NCBI RefSeq assembly: GCF_030028105.1
Contig: NC_092380.1
Coordinates: 112,211,899 to 112,275,898 of the forward strand
Direction of reading: 5' to 3'
DNA from: Mobula birostris
Lineage: Eukaryota
Length of the DNA stretch: 64,000 nucleotides
Below, piece after piece: positions 12,681-25,665 of this stretch (its first letter is position 1; each line of letters opens with the position of its first letter). The notes beneath the pieces were generated by a model, which saw only the letters and a list, made by a program, of their open reading frames with translations, had not been told where the DNA came from and did not search any database. A program made the translations under genes and the position numbers.

Positions 12681-13959
12681 GTGAGAATGAAGGCTTAGAT
12701 TGATCTTAGTAGGTTAAGAAGTCAGCACTACATTGTGGGCTGAAGGACCTGTACTGTGCTGTAATGTTCTAGGTACCAATTGCTTGACAAATTATTATTA
12801 ACAGTTGAAGGCCACTGGAATTAGGGGTCCTACTTAGAGGAAGGAAAATTAAACAAAAGCAGGAGAAAAGAGGAACTCTAACTCTTAGTCTGAACAGGAT
12901 GCCATTTTTCTTACTGACCTGAAATGTTGGTTTTGTTCCTTTTTTCGCAGATGCTGCCTGACTTACCAAGTGGTGACAATTATTGTTTTTATTACAGTAT
13001 TCCTGTGAGATCCTTTATGAAATTAATCAAGGATCAGTGGTGTAGTTAGTACAGATGTTACAGCAACCCAGGTCTGATCTGATCTGATCTGATCTAAATC
13101 TGATCTCGGGTGTTGGGTAGGGTTTGCACATTCTCCATGGCTGAATGGGTTTCCGCTCACATCCCAAAGACACACAGCACACACAAAATGCTAAGGGACC
13201 TTAGCAAGTCAGGCAGAGGGAAATATGCAGTTTTGGGCCAAGACCCTTCATCAGGACTCTAAGCTGAATGTTCATACCCCTCCATAGATTATACCTCACC
13301 TACTGAGTTCCTCCGGCATTTAATGTGCATTGCTGGAGACTTCCAGTACCTGCAGAATCTTTTGTGCCAAAGATGTGCAGATTGGCTGGTTACTTGCCAC
13401 TATAACTTGCCCAAAATGTGTAGGTACAGCTACATCCCTTTAAGCATTCAGTTCTTGAACCCAGCAAAAAGCTAATCGTAAACTCAAGAGATTCTGCACA
13501 AGCTGGAATCCAGAGCAACACACAACAAAACGCTGGAGGAACTCAGCAGGTCAGGCAGCATCTATGCGAATGAATAAACGGACAGCATTTCAGGACGTCT
13601 AATCACTAAAGTTAAGCAACACTATGACCACTTTGCATTAAAATGGATCTTTTTGTTCTAATTATGTTCTTGCTTGTAAACTTTGTATAATCTGTGCAAT
13701 GGGAATGCAGCTTATCTGATGCTCTGTGCCTGTGATGCTACTGCATGTAAGTTTTTCATTGCACCTGTGACCACATGGACTTTTGCAGATGAAGTAAAGC
13801 CGCCTTAGAAACTTTGAATGACAGAACGGATGGGAATGGGAGGGAAAATGGGTTACAAAGGAAATTAGTGGGGGAATGGGGAGGGGTTCGTGAACCACCA
13901 TAGACTTCAATAGCCTCCTATACAATTTGCAAATATGAAATTAACATAGAAATTAAAGC

Positions 13960-14630
13960 AGATTAAGACCAAAAAACACGGGAGCAGAATTAGGCTACTT
14001 GGCCCATTGAGTCTGCTCCACCATTCGATCTTGGCAGATTTACTATCCCTCTCAACCCCATTCTCCTGCCTTCTTCCTGTAACCTTTGACAACTTTACTA
14101 ATAAAGAATCTATCAACCTCTGCTTTAAATATACCCAATGACCTGGCCTGCACAGCTGTCTGAGGCAACAAATTTTTTAGATTCACCACTTTCTGGCTAA
14201 AGAATTCCTCCTTAGCTCTGTTCTAAAGGGACATCCTTCTATTCCTAGGCTGTGCCCTCTGGACCTAGACTCCCCACTATAGGAAGCATCCTCTCCACAT
14301 CCTCTCTATGTAGGTCTTTCAATATTCAATAGGTTTCAATGAGATGTCCCCTCATTCTCCTAAACTTTAAAGTAATCAAATGCTCCCCGCACATTAATTG
14401 TTTAATTCTGGGATCATTCGCATGAACCTCCTCTCCAATGCCAGCACGTCTTTTTTTTAGATAAGGGGCCCCAAAAGTGAGCACAATATTTCAGGTGCGG
14501 TCTGACCAACGCCTTATATAGCCTCTGCATTACATCCTTGCTTTTATATTCTAGTCCTCTCGAAATGAATGCAAACATTGCATTTGCCTTCCTTACCACC
14601 AACTCAACCTGCAAGTTAACTTTGGTCTGA
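13960..14630 (-). mobile_element. CR1 3' fragment
   Basis: VVRKANAMFAFISRGLEYKSKDVMQRLYKALVRPHLKYCAHFWGP in the ORF track. Confidence 0.85.
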
Positions 14631-17466
14631 GATCTCTTGGTTTGAAAGGCAAAACTTTCACCACAATATGAATTTAATAGAACAGCTGCTAAAAAGCAAC
14701 ATCCATCATTATGAACCCCCATTACCCAAACATGCCCTCTTCTCATGGCTGCCACCAGACAGAGGAGCCTGAAGACACACACTCAATATTTCAGGAGCAG
14801 CTTCTTCCCTTCTGCCATCAGGTTTCTGAATGGACAATGAACCCATGAACACTACCTCACTATTTTTGTTGCTCTCTTTATGCACTACTTATTTAATTTC
14901 ACTTTTATATTTCTTTCTTACTGTAATTAAGTTTATGTACTGCAATATATTGCCGCTGAAAAACATTTTATGACATACAGCAGTGATATTAAGTTAAAAA
15001 AATGAATTATCATTCAACCATACATGAATACACATGAATGCAGCCAAGTGAGATAGAATTCCTCCGGGACGAAGGTGCAAAATACAGTACCAGCAGTCAC
15101 ACACAGCACATATAAGATAGCATTAAAGACGCATAAAAAATATATAATCTAGCCCAAGTCCCCAAGTACCATGTCCTGCAGATTGATGGTGCATGGATGT
15201 CATCAGCAAAAACAAGCCCTCAACAGTCTTCAGGCGAACGCATGCACACATTCCAGTTTGTCCACCAAGTGAACACTGGAGGGCAGAATTCTAATTGTGA
15301 ATCTGAAAACCTCAAACACACTCCACTAACAAAGAATTTTCCACACTGGGAGAAAATATGGAAAAGAGAATCAGGTGAGCTCATGGTATTTTTGTAAACA
15401 AGCTCACAGCTTCAAAAATAAGTAGTGTGGAATCTCAAGGGTTACCTCAAGCCTCAGAGAATACAACACAAATACAGTCAGTATAATCTACAGATTGAGC
15501 AATAAATATCAACTACAGGTACAGCTTCCACTCTGACCACACCTTTTATGCAAACACTTGATAATAGCTTCTAAATGTAAATCATCATTTGCATTGTACA
15601 GAACTCTATTTGTTTTAGTGCGTACTTTGTACAAATATACCACAGTCAGTAAACCAGATACCGAGCTTCCGCCTCTTAATGTCCCTGTTTGATTAAACTA
15701 CACTTACATCCACTCAGGCCTCTTCCAATTATTATCCAAATGCATCAGTTTAATCTCCATTTTCTTCCCCGGTTCCCACTGAGATCATCTACACCCTCTG
15801 CCACAACCAACCTCAGCAAACGAGAGTTTCTCAATTGCAGCCGTCTATGGATGGAACAGCATTTTTTAATTTCCCACAGGAATTCTTACCGACTTACTGA
15901 TATTGATGGCCTCGTATCTCACAAAGACAAGCATTCTCTTTGTAACTACTCTACCAAAACTCATCAATTTTATTTGCTTATTTATCAAAATACAGTGCTG
16001 AATAGGCCTTTCTGAGCCATGCTGCCCAGCAATTCTAACCTAATCATAGGACAATTTACAATGTCCAGTTAACCGACCAACCATTAACTTTGGACTGTAG
16101 GAGGTAAGCAGAGAATATGGAGGAATCTCATGCAGTCATGGGGAGAACGTACATGCTCCTTATAGGTCGTGGTGAGAATTTAATCCAGGTCACCTGTAAT
16201 GTAAAACGTGTGCTAACCACTATATTACCATGCCACCCACATTCTAGAAGGTCAGAGGAGAGTCTGTTGTTCTCTGCACAAGTTCATGTTTGCACAGATG
16301 CAATGAAAAACTTACTTGCAGCATATGGTAGCATCGTATATGCATTCACAAAAAAAACAAATTAATCAATTTTTATATTTACAAGAACACAATAAGAACA
16401 GAGCAAGCAAAGTGCATTTAATGCAAAATGGTCAGAGTTGCTATAGTGAGGTAGTGATTACTGTCCTGCTGGTTGGTTCAAGAAGCTAGTGGTTGAAGGG
16501 AAATACGTAGCCATTCTTGAACCTGGTGCAGAAGCCTCAGGACCCACACCACCAGTTTCAGGAACAGTTATTACCCCTCAACCATCAAGCTCTTGATCCA
16601 GATAGTATAACTTCACTCGCCCCGTCACTGAACTGACCCACAACCTATGGAATGACTTTCAAAGAATCTTCATCTCATGTTCTTTATATTTATTGCTTTC
16701 TCTTTTTTTTGTATTTGCAGTTTGTTGTCTTTTGCACCCTGGTTGTCTGCCCTGTTGGGTGCAGTCTTTCATTGATTCAGTTATGGTTATTATGAGTTTG
16801 AGTATGCCCTCCAGAAAAAGAATCTCAGGGTCGTACATGGTGACATTTAAGTACTTCAATAATAAAGCTACTTCGAACTTTGGTGGTGTGGGACTTCAGG
16901 CTTCTGTACCCCTTGCCCAATGGCAGCCACAAGATGATAGCAAGGCCCAGATGGCGGGGATCCTTGATGATGGGTCTTGCCTTCTTGGGACACACTCCTT
17001 GCAGATACCACCTCACATTTCTTTTCCCAAACAAAATAACAGACCCAGCCTGCAGTGTTTCCGAATGTCGACAATTCCCTTTAACTCCCCCCCCAAAGAT
17101 GTTGCTCCTAAGTTCCTCCAGCAGAAAATATCCTGTAAGTCTTCTCTGCACCCTCCTATGCTTTGTTGTAATGCGGAGACAACAGATGGAATATCCCGAG
17201 TGTGATCCAACTAAAGTTTGATGCACATTCAGTGTAACTCACCCATTGTCCAATTATCCCATCTCAAATCATGCCTCACCAATTAAAAAAAAATAGTCAA
17301 AGGTTCTGGGCTTTGCAGACTGAGCCAGCATTTAGTTGCCGCTCCCTAATTGCCCCTTGAGAAGTTGGTGATGAGCTGCCTTATGGGGTACACCTACGGT
17401 GTTGTTAGGGAGAGAGTCCCAGCGACGATGAAGAAACACCAATATATTTCCAAGTAAGGGTGGTGA

Positions 17467-18132
17467 ATAGATTAGATTATGAGGACACACAGGCTCTTTA
17501 ATTGTCATTTAGTAATGCATGCATTAAGAAATGATATAATGTTCCTCCAGAATGATATCACAGAAACACAAGACAAACCAAGACTGAAAAACTGACAAAA
17601 ACCACATAATTATGACATATAGTTACAACAGTGCAAAGCAATACCGTAATATGATAAAGAACAGACCAAAAGTCTCAAAGCCTCTTGAAAGTCCCATCAT
17701 CTTACGCAGACGGTAGAAGGAAGAAAAATCACTCCCTGCCATGAACCTCCAGCACCACAAACTTGCCGATGCAGCACCCTGGAAGCACCCAACCACAGCC
17801 AACTCTCGAGTCCATCCGGAAACTTCAAGCCTCTGACCAGCCCTCCGACACCGAGCACTGAGCACCATCTCTGCCGAGCGCTTCGACCCTGGCCCCAGCA
17901 ATAGACAATAGGCAAAGCCGAGGATTTGGGGCCTTCCTCTCCGGAGATTCTCGATCGCACAGTAGAAGCAGCAGCGAAGCGGGCATTTCAGAAGTTTCTC
18001 CAGATGTTCCTCCGTGCTTCTCACGTCCATCTCCATCAAATCAGGATTGTGCACGGTACCTACTTAACAAATACGATATCATTTCGGAGTGGCTGCGAGC
18101 GCTGCGTCGCGCCACCATCTTCTCCTCCTCCT
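17467..18132 (-). mobile_element. About 600-bp non-autonomous retroelement (AAGATGG.G head, (TCTAA)n tail), copy A
   Basis: Reverse complement aligns over its whole length with 50029-50590. Confidence 0.8.
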
Positions 18133-18796
18133 CGAGTACAGGTCTTTTTATAGAATCTGATACAAATATAACTATATAGGATCTAGATATTCTGACCCAC
18201 ACTCCAGTTCAGAAGGTGACGGTAATGCATCTTAGCTGCTGCCAGCCCCACGCAACCTCAGACGAAGTAGCAGTAGTCAGGGTGGTGTGTGATTTCAGGT
18301 GGTAACGTTCTCCTCTCACCAGCTGATAAGAGGTGGTGGGGTTGGAAGGTCTGTCTGAAGAGTCTCTGTGAGATACTGCAGTGTGTCCTGTAGATGGTGC
18401 ATACCTTGCAACGGTAGTGGATGAGCTGCCTGTCAAGCAGGCCACTATGTCCTGAGTGTTACTGAAGCTCTGCTCATCGAGGCAAGTGGAGAGTATTCCA
18501 TCACACTCCTGACTCGAGCCTTGCAGGTGGTGGGCAGGCTTTGGGGAGCTAGGTTAGTTAATCACTGCAGGACTCCTAGTGCCTGGCCTGTTCTAATAGC
18601 TACACTGGGTATATGGATACTCCAGCCCAATAATGATTTGTGTGAATAGGAGTGGTCCTTGCAACAATCCTGGTGGAATGTCACTGTTAATTGCCACCCA
18701 TTCAAGTTACAAGGAAAGATTGAATAGATTAGGACTTTATTCCTTGGAATGTAGAAGATTGAGGGGAGATTTGATAAATTTGTACAAAATTATACC

Positions 18797-19175
18797 AGGT
18801 GTAGATACGTCCCTACCAAAGGAGGTATAAGGCGCTCCTTCCCTCCACTAGCCTGCAGGTCACCTTGGGCAAGATGCAGTGCCTGCTTAGCCCTACACCT
18901 TCTCCCCCACGATCAGGGTCACGTGAAGCCATGGGAGCCGGTGGTGGATAATTGAATGAACAGCTGCTGGATATCACAAGTTCTGGTTATGCGACCACTG
19001 ATGTCAGGCAGACGATCGCTGAAGATATTGATAATGGCTGAGGTTGCCGGTCTTATAAAGACATTGCCCAGAAGGCAATGGCAAACCACTTCTGTAGAAT
19101 ATTTGCCAAAAGCAATCATAGTCAAAAGATCATAATCACCCGTGTCATAGGACGTGACATGTAAAGATGATGATA
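18797..19175 (+). mobile_element. RTE-tail SINE-like element inside a CR1 fragment
   Basis: Same family as 41865-42125 and 52983-53343; 3' GGCAATGGCAAACCACTT motif typical of RTE/BovB tails; (GAT)n end. Confidence 0.75.
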
Positions 19176-20489
19176 CACAATGATGAGGGGTATAGATAGG
19201 GTAAATACCAGCAGGCTTTTTCCACTGAGGTTGAGTGGGACTACAACTAGAGGTCATGGGTTAAGAGTGAAAGGTGAAACATTTAAGGGGAACATGAGAG
19301 GAAACTTCTTCACTCAGAAAGTCATGAGAGTGTGGAATGAGCTGCCAGTGCAAGTGGTGCATGTGAACTCCATCTCAACATTAAGTTTGGATAGGTAAAT
19401 ATAGTAGGAATATGGAAGATAATGGTCCTGGTGCAGGTCGATAAGACTAGGCAGCTTAAATAGTTTGCCACAGACTAGAAGGGCCAAGGGTCTGTTCCTG
19501 TGCTGTTCTATGAATCTATGACTCATTTCTCAATGTCTGCATTTAAGCCAGATAACAATCTATTCTGCTGCTTGTCCCCTGACATCACATTCTCTGAAAT
19601 TTATCCTGTTGTCATTGGCAACTGGGACATTACTGTCACATGGACCATGTCCATGAGAGAGAACTCACACAGTTGAATATAACCAGAGTCTGACTTCAGG
19701 TTGACACAGAGAATGAGATGCTGGAATATGGAGTAACAAACAATCTGCTGGAGGAACTCAGGGAGTTGACCAGTGGAACAGACCTGATTCAGGGCTTCAA
19801 CACGAAATAGAGACAATTCCTTTCCTCGAATTGCTGAGTCCTTCCAGTAGTTTGTCTGTTGCTCCAGATTCCAGCATTTCAAGTCTCTTGCGTCTCCAGG
19901 CTGCTACAGGAATGCAGCAAGTTGAGCAGCATCAGCAGCAGATAAGAAATTCTTCAGGTCAGCTTGAAGTCCAGCATCCTAATCATCTTCTTACTTGTTT
20001 TTCCCTCCACAGATATTGTCCTGTCTGCTACTTAATTCCCAGCATTTCCTGTTTTCATTTCTCTTCTTTACCCTGTCTGATTCTACCCCAATGCCCAAAC
20101 TGAGTCTCAGATTGTACATTATACTGCACACCAACCACTATGAATTATATAAACTTTGGAAGCATACATTGTCCCAAAATGTTCAAATTCCTACAAATTC
20201 CACATTAGACTGTAAAACAAGGGAGCAGAAATGGACCAATCAGTCCAATGAGTCTTCCCCATCATTTGATCATAGCTGACTTATTCTCTCTCGACCCCAT
20301 TCTCCTGCTTCTCCCCATAATCTTTGACACCCTCACTAATCAAGAGCCAATCAACCTCTGTTTTAAATACACCCGAGGATTTGGCCTCCACAGCTGTTTG
20401 TGGCAAATAATTCCACAGATTCATCACCATCCAGCTAAAGAAACACCTCCTCATCTCTTGTTCTAAAGGGATGTCCTTGTATTCTGTGC

Positions 20490-20612
20490 TGTGTCCTCTG
20501 GTCCTAGACTCCCCCACTATGGGAAACATCCTCTCCATGTCCATTCTGTCTGTGTCCTCTGGTCCTAGGCTCGCCCACTATAGGAAACATCCTCTCCATG
20601 TCCATTCTGTCT
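20490..20612. repeat. Tandem duplication of about 61 bp within a CR1 fragment
   Basis: TGTGTCCTCTGGTCCTAG...GGAAACATCCTCTCCATGTCCATTCTGTC occurs twice head to tail. Confidence 0.85.
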
Positions 20613-21868
20613 AGGCCTTCCAATATTCTGCCAAAGAAATGGTCCAGCCAGCGACTTCTTTGTCTACGTGCTTGTGATGCTGCTTCAAGTACATTTTTCA
20701 TTGCCCCTGTACGTACATACGTACGTAGGCTTGTGCAGACGACAATAAACTCAACTTTGAAATTTATAATGATAGAATTGTGGGGGAGAGGGAGAGAGGG
20801 GAGAAATGGGCTACTGGGAAAATGAATGTCATCCCTTCTATTAATCAATCATTTTCAAATTTTAACTTCAACTTAAGAGTTTTTCACAACGCTTACACCC
20901 TCTCAACAATGTCCTATCAAAAGAAGCCGATCATTTTCAGCAGAATCTTCAGGACACCCGGTTTTACTTGATACAGAGCTGCATTTTGCACAATCACATC
21001 AATAGCTACTGGCTATCTAATCTCAGATAGGAGGGCATCGAGTGTCTAGGGAGGGGTAGCACTCTGGTGAGGGGGCTTGTTGTGTCCATTCTGGGGCAGC
21101 TCTCTCCTGTTGTTCCCCACCGGGAACTCAGCTCTCACCTGTGGCTCTATGCAGCTGTTTGAATTCGACATCAGCCACACCCTTTCAACAGGCAGAATAA
21201 ATCAGGAGAGGGTAACCAGTGGCCCTCATGTCCTGGTGAGATGAGGAAATGCCTGTCCTAGCATGTGAATTCAGCTCGGCGAACGGGGTAGGTGAGATTT
21301 ACAGTGAGATCCAACGGCCAGGATGGCTGTTCTGGAACCTTTATGGAGAGCAAAGGGCATGACAAGGCACAGAAGCAGTCATGGTCATTCGCTGAAACAA
21401 AGTAAAACTCCAGTTTGTGACGACTACTCGTACCACTGGACCTGGACTTCCAAGGTCAAGAGAGCGGAACTGCCCAAGTGCAACGGCTTTTCCACTTCAA
21501 AAACTCTCCTGCACAGGTTTCCTGTTATCGTCGGACATAACAGACACCCAATCAATCAAGTCACTCACAGACGGAATCAAACCTCTGGGCATACCAGTCT
21601 TCTGCAAGGACAAAGCAAACTACTCTAATTCTGTAAGGCCAAGCATATAGAACAGTACCGCACAGGAACAGGCCCTTCAGCTCACAATGTTGTGCTGAAT
21701 TAAGTTAGTAATCAAATGGCCAATCCTGTCCCATGATCCTCTCGTATCCCTTTTGCCTATCACCTGTCCAGCTCTTGGCTCCACCCTCCCCCTCCTGTCT
21801 TCTCCTATTATTTTAGATCTCCCCCTCCCCCTCCAACTTTCAAATCCCTTACTCACTCTTCCTTCAGT

Positions 21869-21906
21869 TAGTCCTGACGAAGGGTCTCGGTCTGAAACGT
21901 CGACTG
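21869..21906 (+). ncRNA. Minimal type I hammerhead ribozyme motif in a Penelope-like element end
   Basis: AGTC-CTGACGA-AGGGTCTCGGTCT-GAA-ACGT-C-GACT: helix I AGTC/GACT, CUGANGA core, short helix II, GAA, palindromic ACGU minimal helix III, GUC cleavage triplet. Confidence 0.7.
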
Positions 21907-22739
21907 CACCTCTTCCTACAGATGCTGCCTGGCCTGCTGCGTTCACCAGCAACTTTGATGTGTGTGGCCAACTAAACAATATCCTCCCATTGTCCTCACA
22001 TTCACGTGCCTATCTAAACGTCTCTTGAAAGTCTCTAATATACCTGCCTCTACCATCACCCAGGCAGCACATGCCAGGCACCCACACCCTCTCTCTAAAA
22101 CAACTTCCCCCTGACATTTCCTTTGAAATTATTCCCTCTCACCATAACTTCATGTCCTCTGGTATTAGAAATTTAACCCTTGGGAAAATATATTGTCTGT
22201 CTACTCTATCTAGTCTCAATCTTTTAAATCTCTATCAGATCAAACCTCTACCTGAAAGCTTCTCTTTCACCAGCCAAATTTAATAAATGCCAGTGGAAAA
22301 GGCAAACTGACAACCTTCCTTAATGCAAATGTGAGTGGAACACCAGCTATTTGGTTGCCAACACCCCATTCACAAACACCAAAACACTAAATTAAATGTT
22401 CAGGTACAGCTGGATTTCAGTAATACTTGTGCATCTAAAATCGATTCATACTAAATCACGCGCATCACAATTATGACATCAACAAGTTACAAAATGAGTT
22501 TTTTGGACATGGAAGATGCAAGTTCAGGTTTCAATGTAAACTGAGTTCATTTCTATTTTCTGCAAGATACTTATTTTGATAATGCTCCATAACCGTGAAG
22601 AGCTGCCAGATGGGCGGAATCAGCAAAAATACTTCAAAAGGAAAAGCAGAACCTCATCCTGGAAACTAATATTCCACAACTAAACTATCAGCTGAAAGGC
22701 AATAAGGTCAACAGCAAGGATAAAGCCTTAAAGTTGAAC

Positions 22740-23330
22740 AGCTTTGCTCCATCTGTAACAAAAAGTGGGATTTCCCGGTGGTCACCCATTTCAATTCTAC
22801 TTCCCATTCCAACATGTCAGTCCATAGCTGCCCCTACTGCTACAATGAGGCCACACTCAGCTTGGAGGAGCAACACCTTGTATTCTGTTTGGGTAGTCTC
22901 CAATCTGATGGCATGAACATCGTTTTCTCAAACTTCTGGTAATTACTCCCCCCCCTATCATTCCCCATTCTCGCTTCCCTTTCACACCCCCTTTTCTTAC
23001 CTGCCCGTCACCTCCCTCTGGAGCTCCTTCTCCTTCCCTTTCTTCCATGGTCTTCTGTTCTCGATCAGATTCCCCCTTCTCCGGCCATTTATCTCTTTCA
23101 CCAATCAACTTTCCAGCTCTTTAGTTCACCCCCTCCCCCTTTTCTCAGTTTCACCCATCACCTGTGGCCTTGTAGTTCTTCCTCCTCTCCACCCACCTTC
23201 TTATTCTGGCATCTTCCCCCTCCCTTTCTCGTCCTGATGAAGGGTCTCAGCCTGAAAAGTCGACTGTTTATTTGCATCCATAGACGTTGCCTGATCTGCT
23301 GAGCTCCTCCAGCATACTGTGTGTATTGCT
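22740..23330 (+). mobile_element. Penelope-like element 3' portion (GIY-YIG C-terminal remnant plus terminal repeat with hammerhead motif at 23231-23264)
   Basis: VVTHFNSTSHS...EATLSLEEQHLVFCLGSLQSDGMNI remnant, pyrimidine-rich tract, then GTC-CTGATGA-AGGGTCTCAGCCT-GAA-AAGT-C-GAC. Confidence 0.75.
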
Positions 23331-23389
23331 TAAGCTTTAAAATTCCAACACTGAATGTGCAGCACACACGAATTATACCCAAACACAAG

Positions 23390-23880
23390 CATCTGGACGG
23401 TCCCAAGCCTGGCTGTGAAAGGAGGAGAGTTGGGCATAAAGTTAGCAACCTCATCCCGTAAAAATGTACGCCATAGCAGCATAGTGGCTAGCGTGACGTT
23501 ATTACAGTCTGGGTGTTCTGGAGTTTGGCGTGCAGTTCCAACGCCATTCTGGAAAGAGTCTCTACACAACCTCCCTATGGAATGTGTGGGTTTTCCCCGG
23601 GTGCTACATTTTCCTCCCACAGTCCAAAGATGTACTGGGTAGGTTAATTGGACATTGTAAATTGTCCCATGATTAGGTTGGGGTTAATTGGGGGTCATAA
23701 GCCTAAAGGCTTACTCTGCACTGTATTGCTAAATAAAAATCTAGTGCTACAGAAATGTCAACAGAAGCTCATCCCTGGGAAAGGAAGGACATTCGAAGAT
23801 GGGCTACACCTGGGGACAGCTTGAAAGACCAACCCAGGACAGAGGACTCTGGTGTGCTGATAGGGGTGATGGGCTACCAT
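23390..23880 (+). mobile_element. Bipartite RTE-derived short element with a nested V-SINE (about 23470-23740)
   Basis: GGTCCCAAGCC...GGAGGAG.GTTGGGCAT...CATCCCGTAAAA head; tail homologous to 52500-52740. Confidence 0.65.
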
Positions 23881-24071
23881 GCTCATTAGCATATGTGGTA
23901 TTCAAAAATAATTGCTAAAACAAAGGCAAAATCCCTCTCTAATTCTCCTGTGGAGGCACAATGTAAGTGAGTCCAAGCAAATACTGGAAGGTGAAAACCC
24001 AATGTCTGCAATGGAATATGAAGAGACACTGCCCTCAGCACATCCTTTCCTCACCACGTCAGTCACCTAAA

Positions 24072-24387
24072 CTTCACACTTCAGTTACAGACAAACCCCG
24101 TCTACAAACCATCCAACCTTCACACTTCAGTTACAGACAAACCAGTCTACAAACCATCCAACCTTCACACCTCAGTTACAGACAAATCCCGTCTACAAAC
24201 CATCCAACCTTCACACTTCAGTTACAGACAAACCAGTCTACAAACCATCCAACCTTCACACCTCAGTTACAGACAAATCCCGTCTACAAACCATCCAACC
24301 TTCACACTTCAGTTACAGACAAACCCCGTCCACAAACCAACCAACCTTCACACTTCATTTATGGACAAACACTGTCTGTAAATCAAC
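24072..24387. repeat. Minisatellite, 45/46-bp unit, about 6.9 copies
   Basis: Unit CTTCACACTTCAGTTACAGACAAACCCCGTCTACAAACCATCCAAC starts at 24072, 24118, 24163, 24209, 24254, 24300 and 24346 (degenerate). Confidence 0.95.
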
Positions 24388-25399
24388 TGCTGATTGACAT
24401 TTTCCATTCACTCGTCTTTATCAGGGACTGAATTCAAAAGTCTGTCAACTTGCTGACGCCAACACGAAAATGAATGTGAGCAACTGTATTGATCCAGTCA
24501 TCATTCAGAAGCATGGGATGTTTCATAAATCAGTGTAAATGGTGTCAGCAATGTGCACTCATTTTAAAGAAACTGATTTCGAAACACTTCTCTGCTGATG
24601 CTTCAGGAAATGCAGGCTGGAATAAAAAATAAATTGTGCAAGATTTATTTACTTATTTTTAAAACACATTCTGAGTGAATTTTATTCCAGATATGGAACT
24701 ATATTCCACATCATAAATTTTTAGGAAGTGATTTGTGAATTCCCTAAGGATGCATTTCCATAACGCAAACAGCCTTTAGCATGGTGGGGGATGGGGGTCA
24801 CCAGTATTCTTGCTTACAAGGAATGAAGACGCAGAGAAGTTTAACCAGGATACTGCCTGCACTGGCGAGCATGTCATATGAAGAAAATGTAGTTTCAGTG
24901 AGTTAGGGCTTTTCCCTTTGGAACGAGGGAGGGTGAGAGGTGATCTGATAGAGGCAAACAGACAATAAGAGACATAGATAGAGTGGACAGCTAGGGCCTT
25001 TTCCCAAGGGCGGAAACGACTAACATGAGGGGGCATAATTTTAAGTTGATTAGAGTAAAGTATCGGGGGAGATGTCAGAGATAAGTTTGTGTTTTTTTTA
25101 ATAACACAGAGTAGTGGATGCGTGGAAGGTGCAGCCAGGGGGGTTGGTTGAGGCAAATACATTCAGGGCACTTAAGAAAATCTTAAATAGGCAGATGGAT
25201 GATAGAAAAATGGAGGGCTACGTGGGAGGTATGGGTTAGATTGATTTTGGAGTACATTAGTTCGGCACAGCATTGTGGGCTGAAGGGCCTGTACTGTACT
25301 GTGCTGCTATGTTCTGGGAATCAAACAATACAATTGGTGGGGATTTCACTGTCAACAATAGTTCCGTTTGGATATTAAAACAGAATTAAAATGCATTAT

Positions 25400-25665
25400 A
25401 ACAACAAGAGATGCTGCAGATGCTGGAAATCCAGAGCAACACACACAATGCTGGAGGAACTCAGGTCAGGCTGTAGCTATGGAAATGAATAAACAGTTGA
25501 CGTTTCAGGCCAAGACTCTTCTTCAGGACTGGATAGGAAGGAGCAAGATGCCAGAATAAGAAGGTGAGGGAGGGGAAAGAGGTCAAACTGGAAGGTGATA
25601 GTGATAGGTGACGCTAGGTGGGCAGAGGAGGGTGGGGGGGAGGGGGGAGGATTAAGTAAGAAACT
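25400..25665 (-). mobile_element. Penelope-like terminal repeat with hammerhead motif (25494-25531), sense to FAR1
   Basis: Minus strand reads CAGTC-CTGAAGA-AGAGTCTTGGCCT-GAA-ACGT-C-AACTG. Confidence 0.7.

Noticed and set aside
24072-24387. CRISPR-like array, or the 154-aa repetitive ORF 23967-24431
   Set aside because: Units are directly adjacent with no unique spacers, the context is a vertebrate intron with no cas genes, and the ORF is only translation of the minisatellite.
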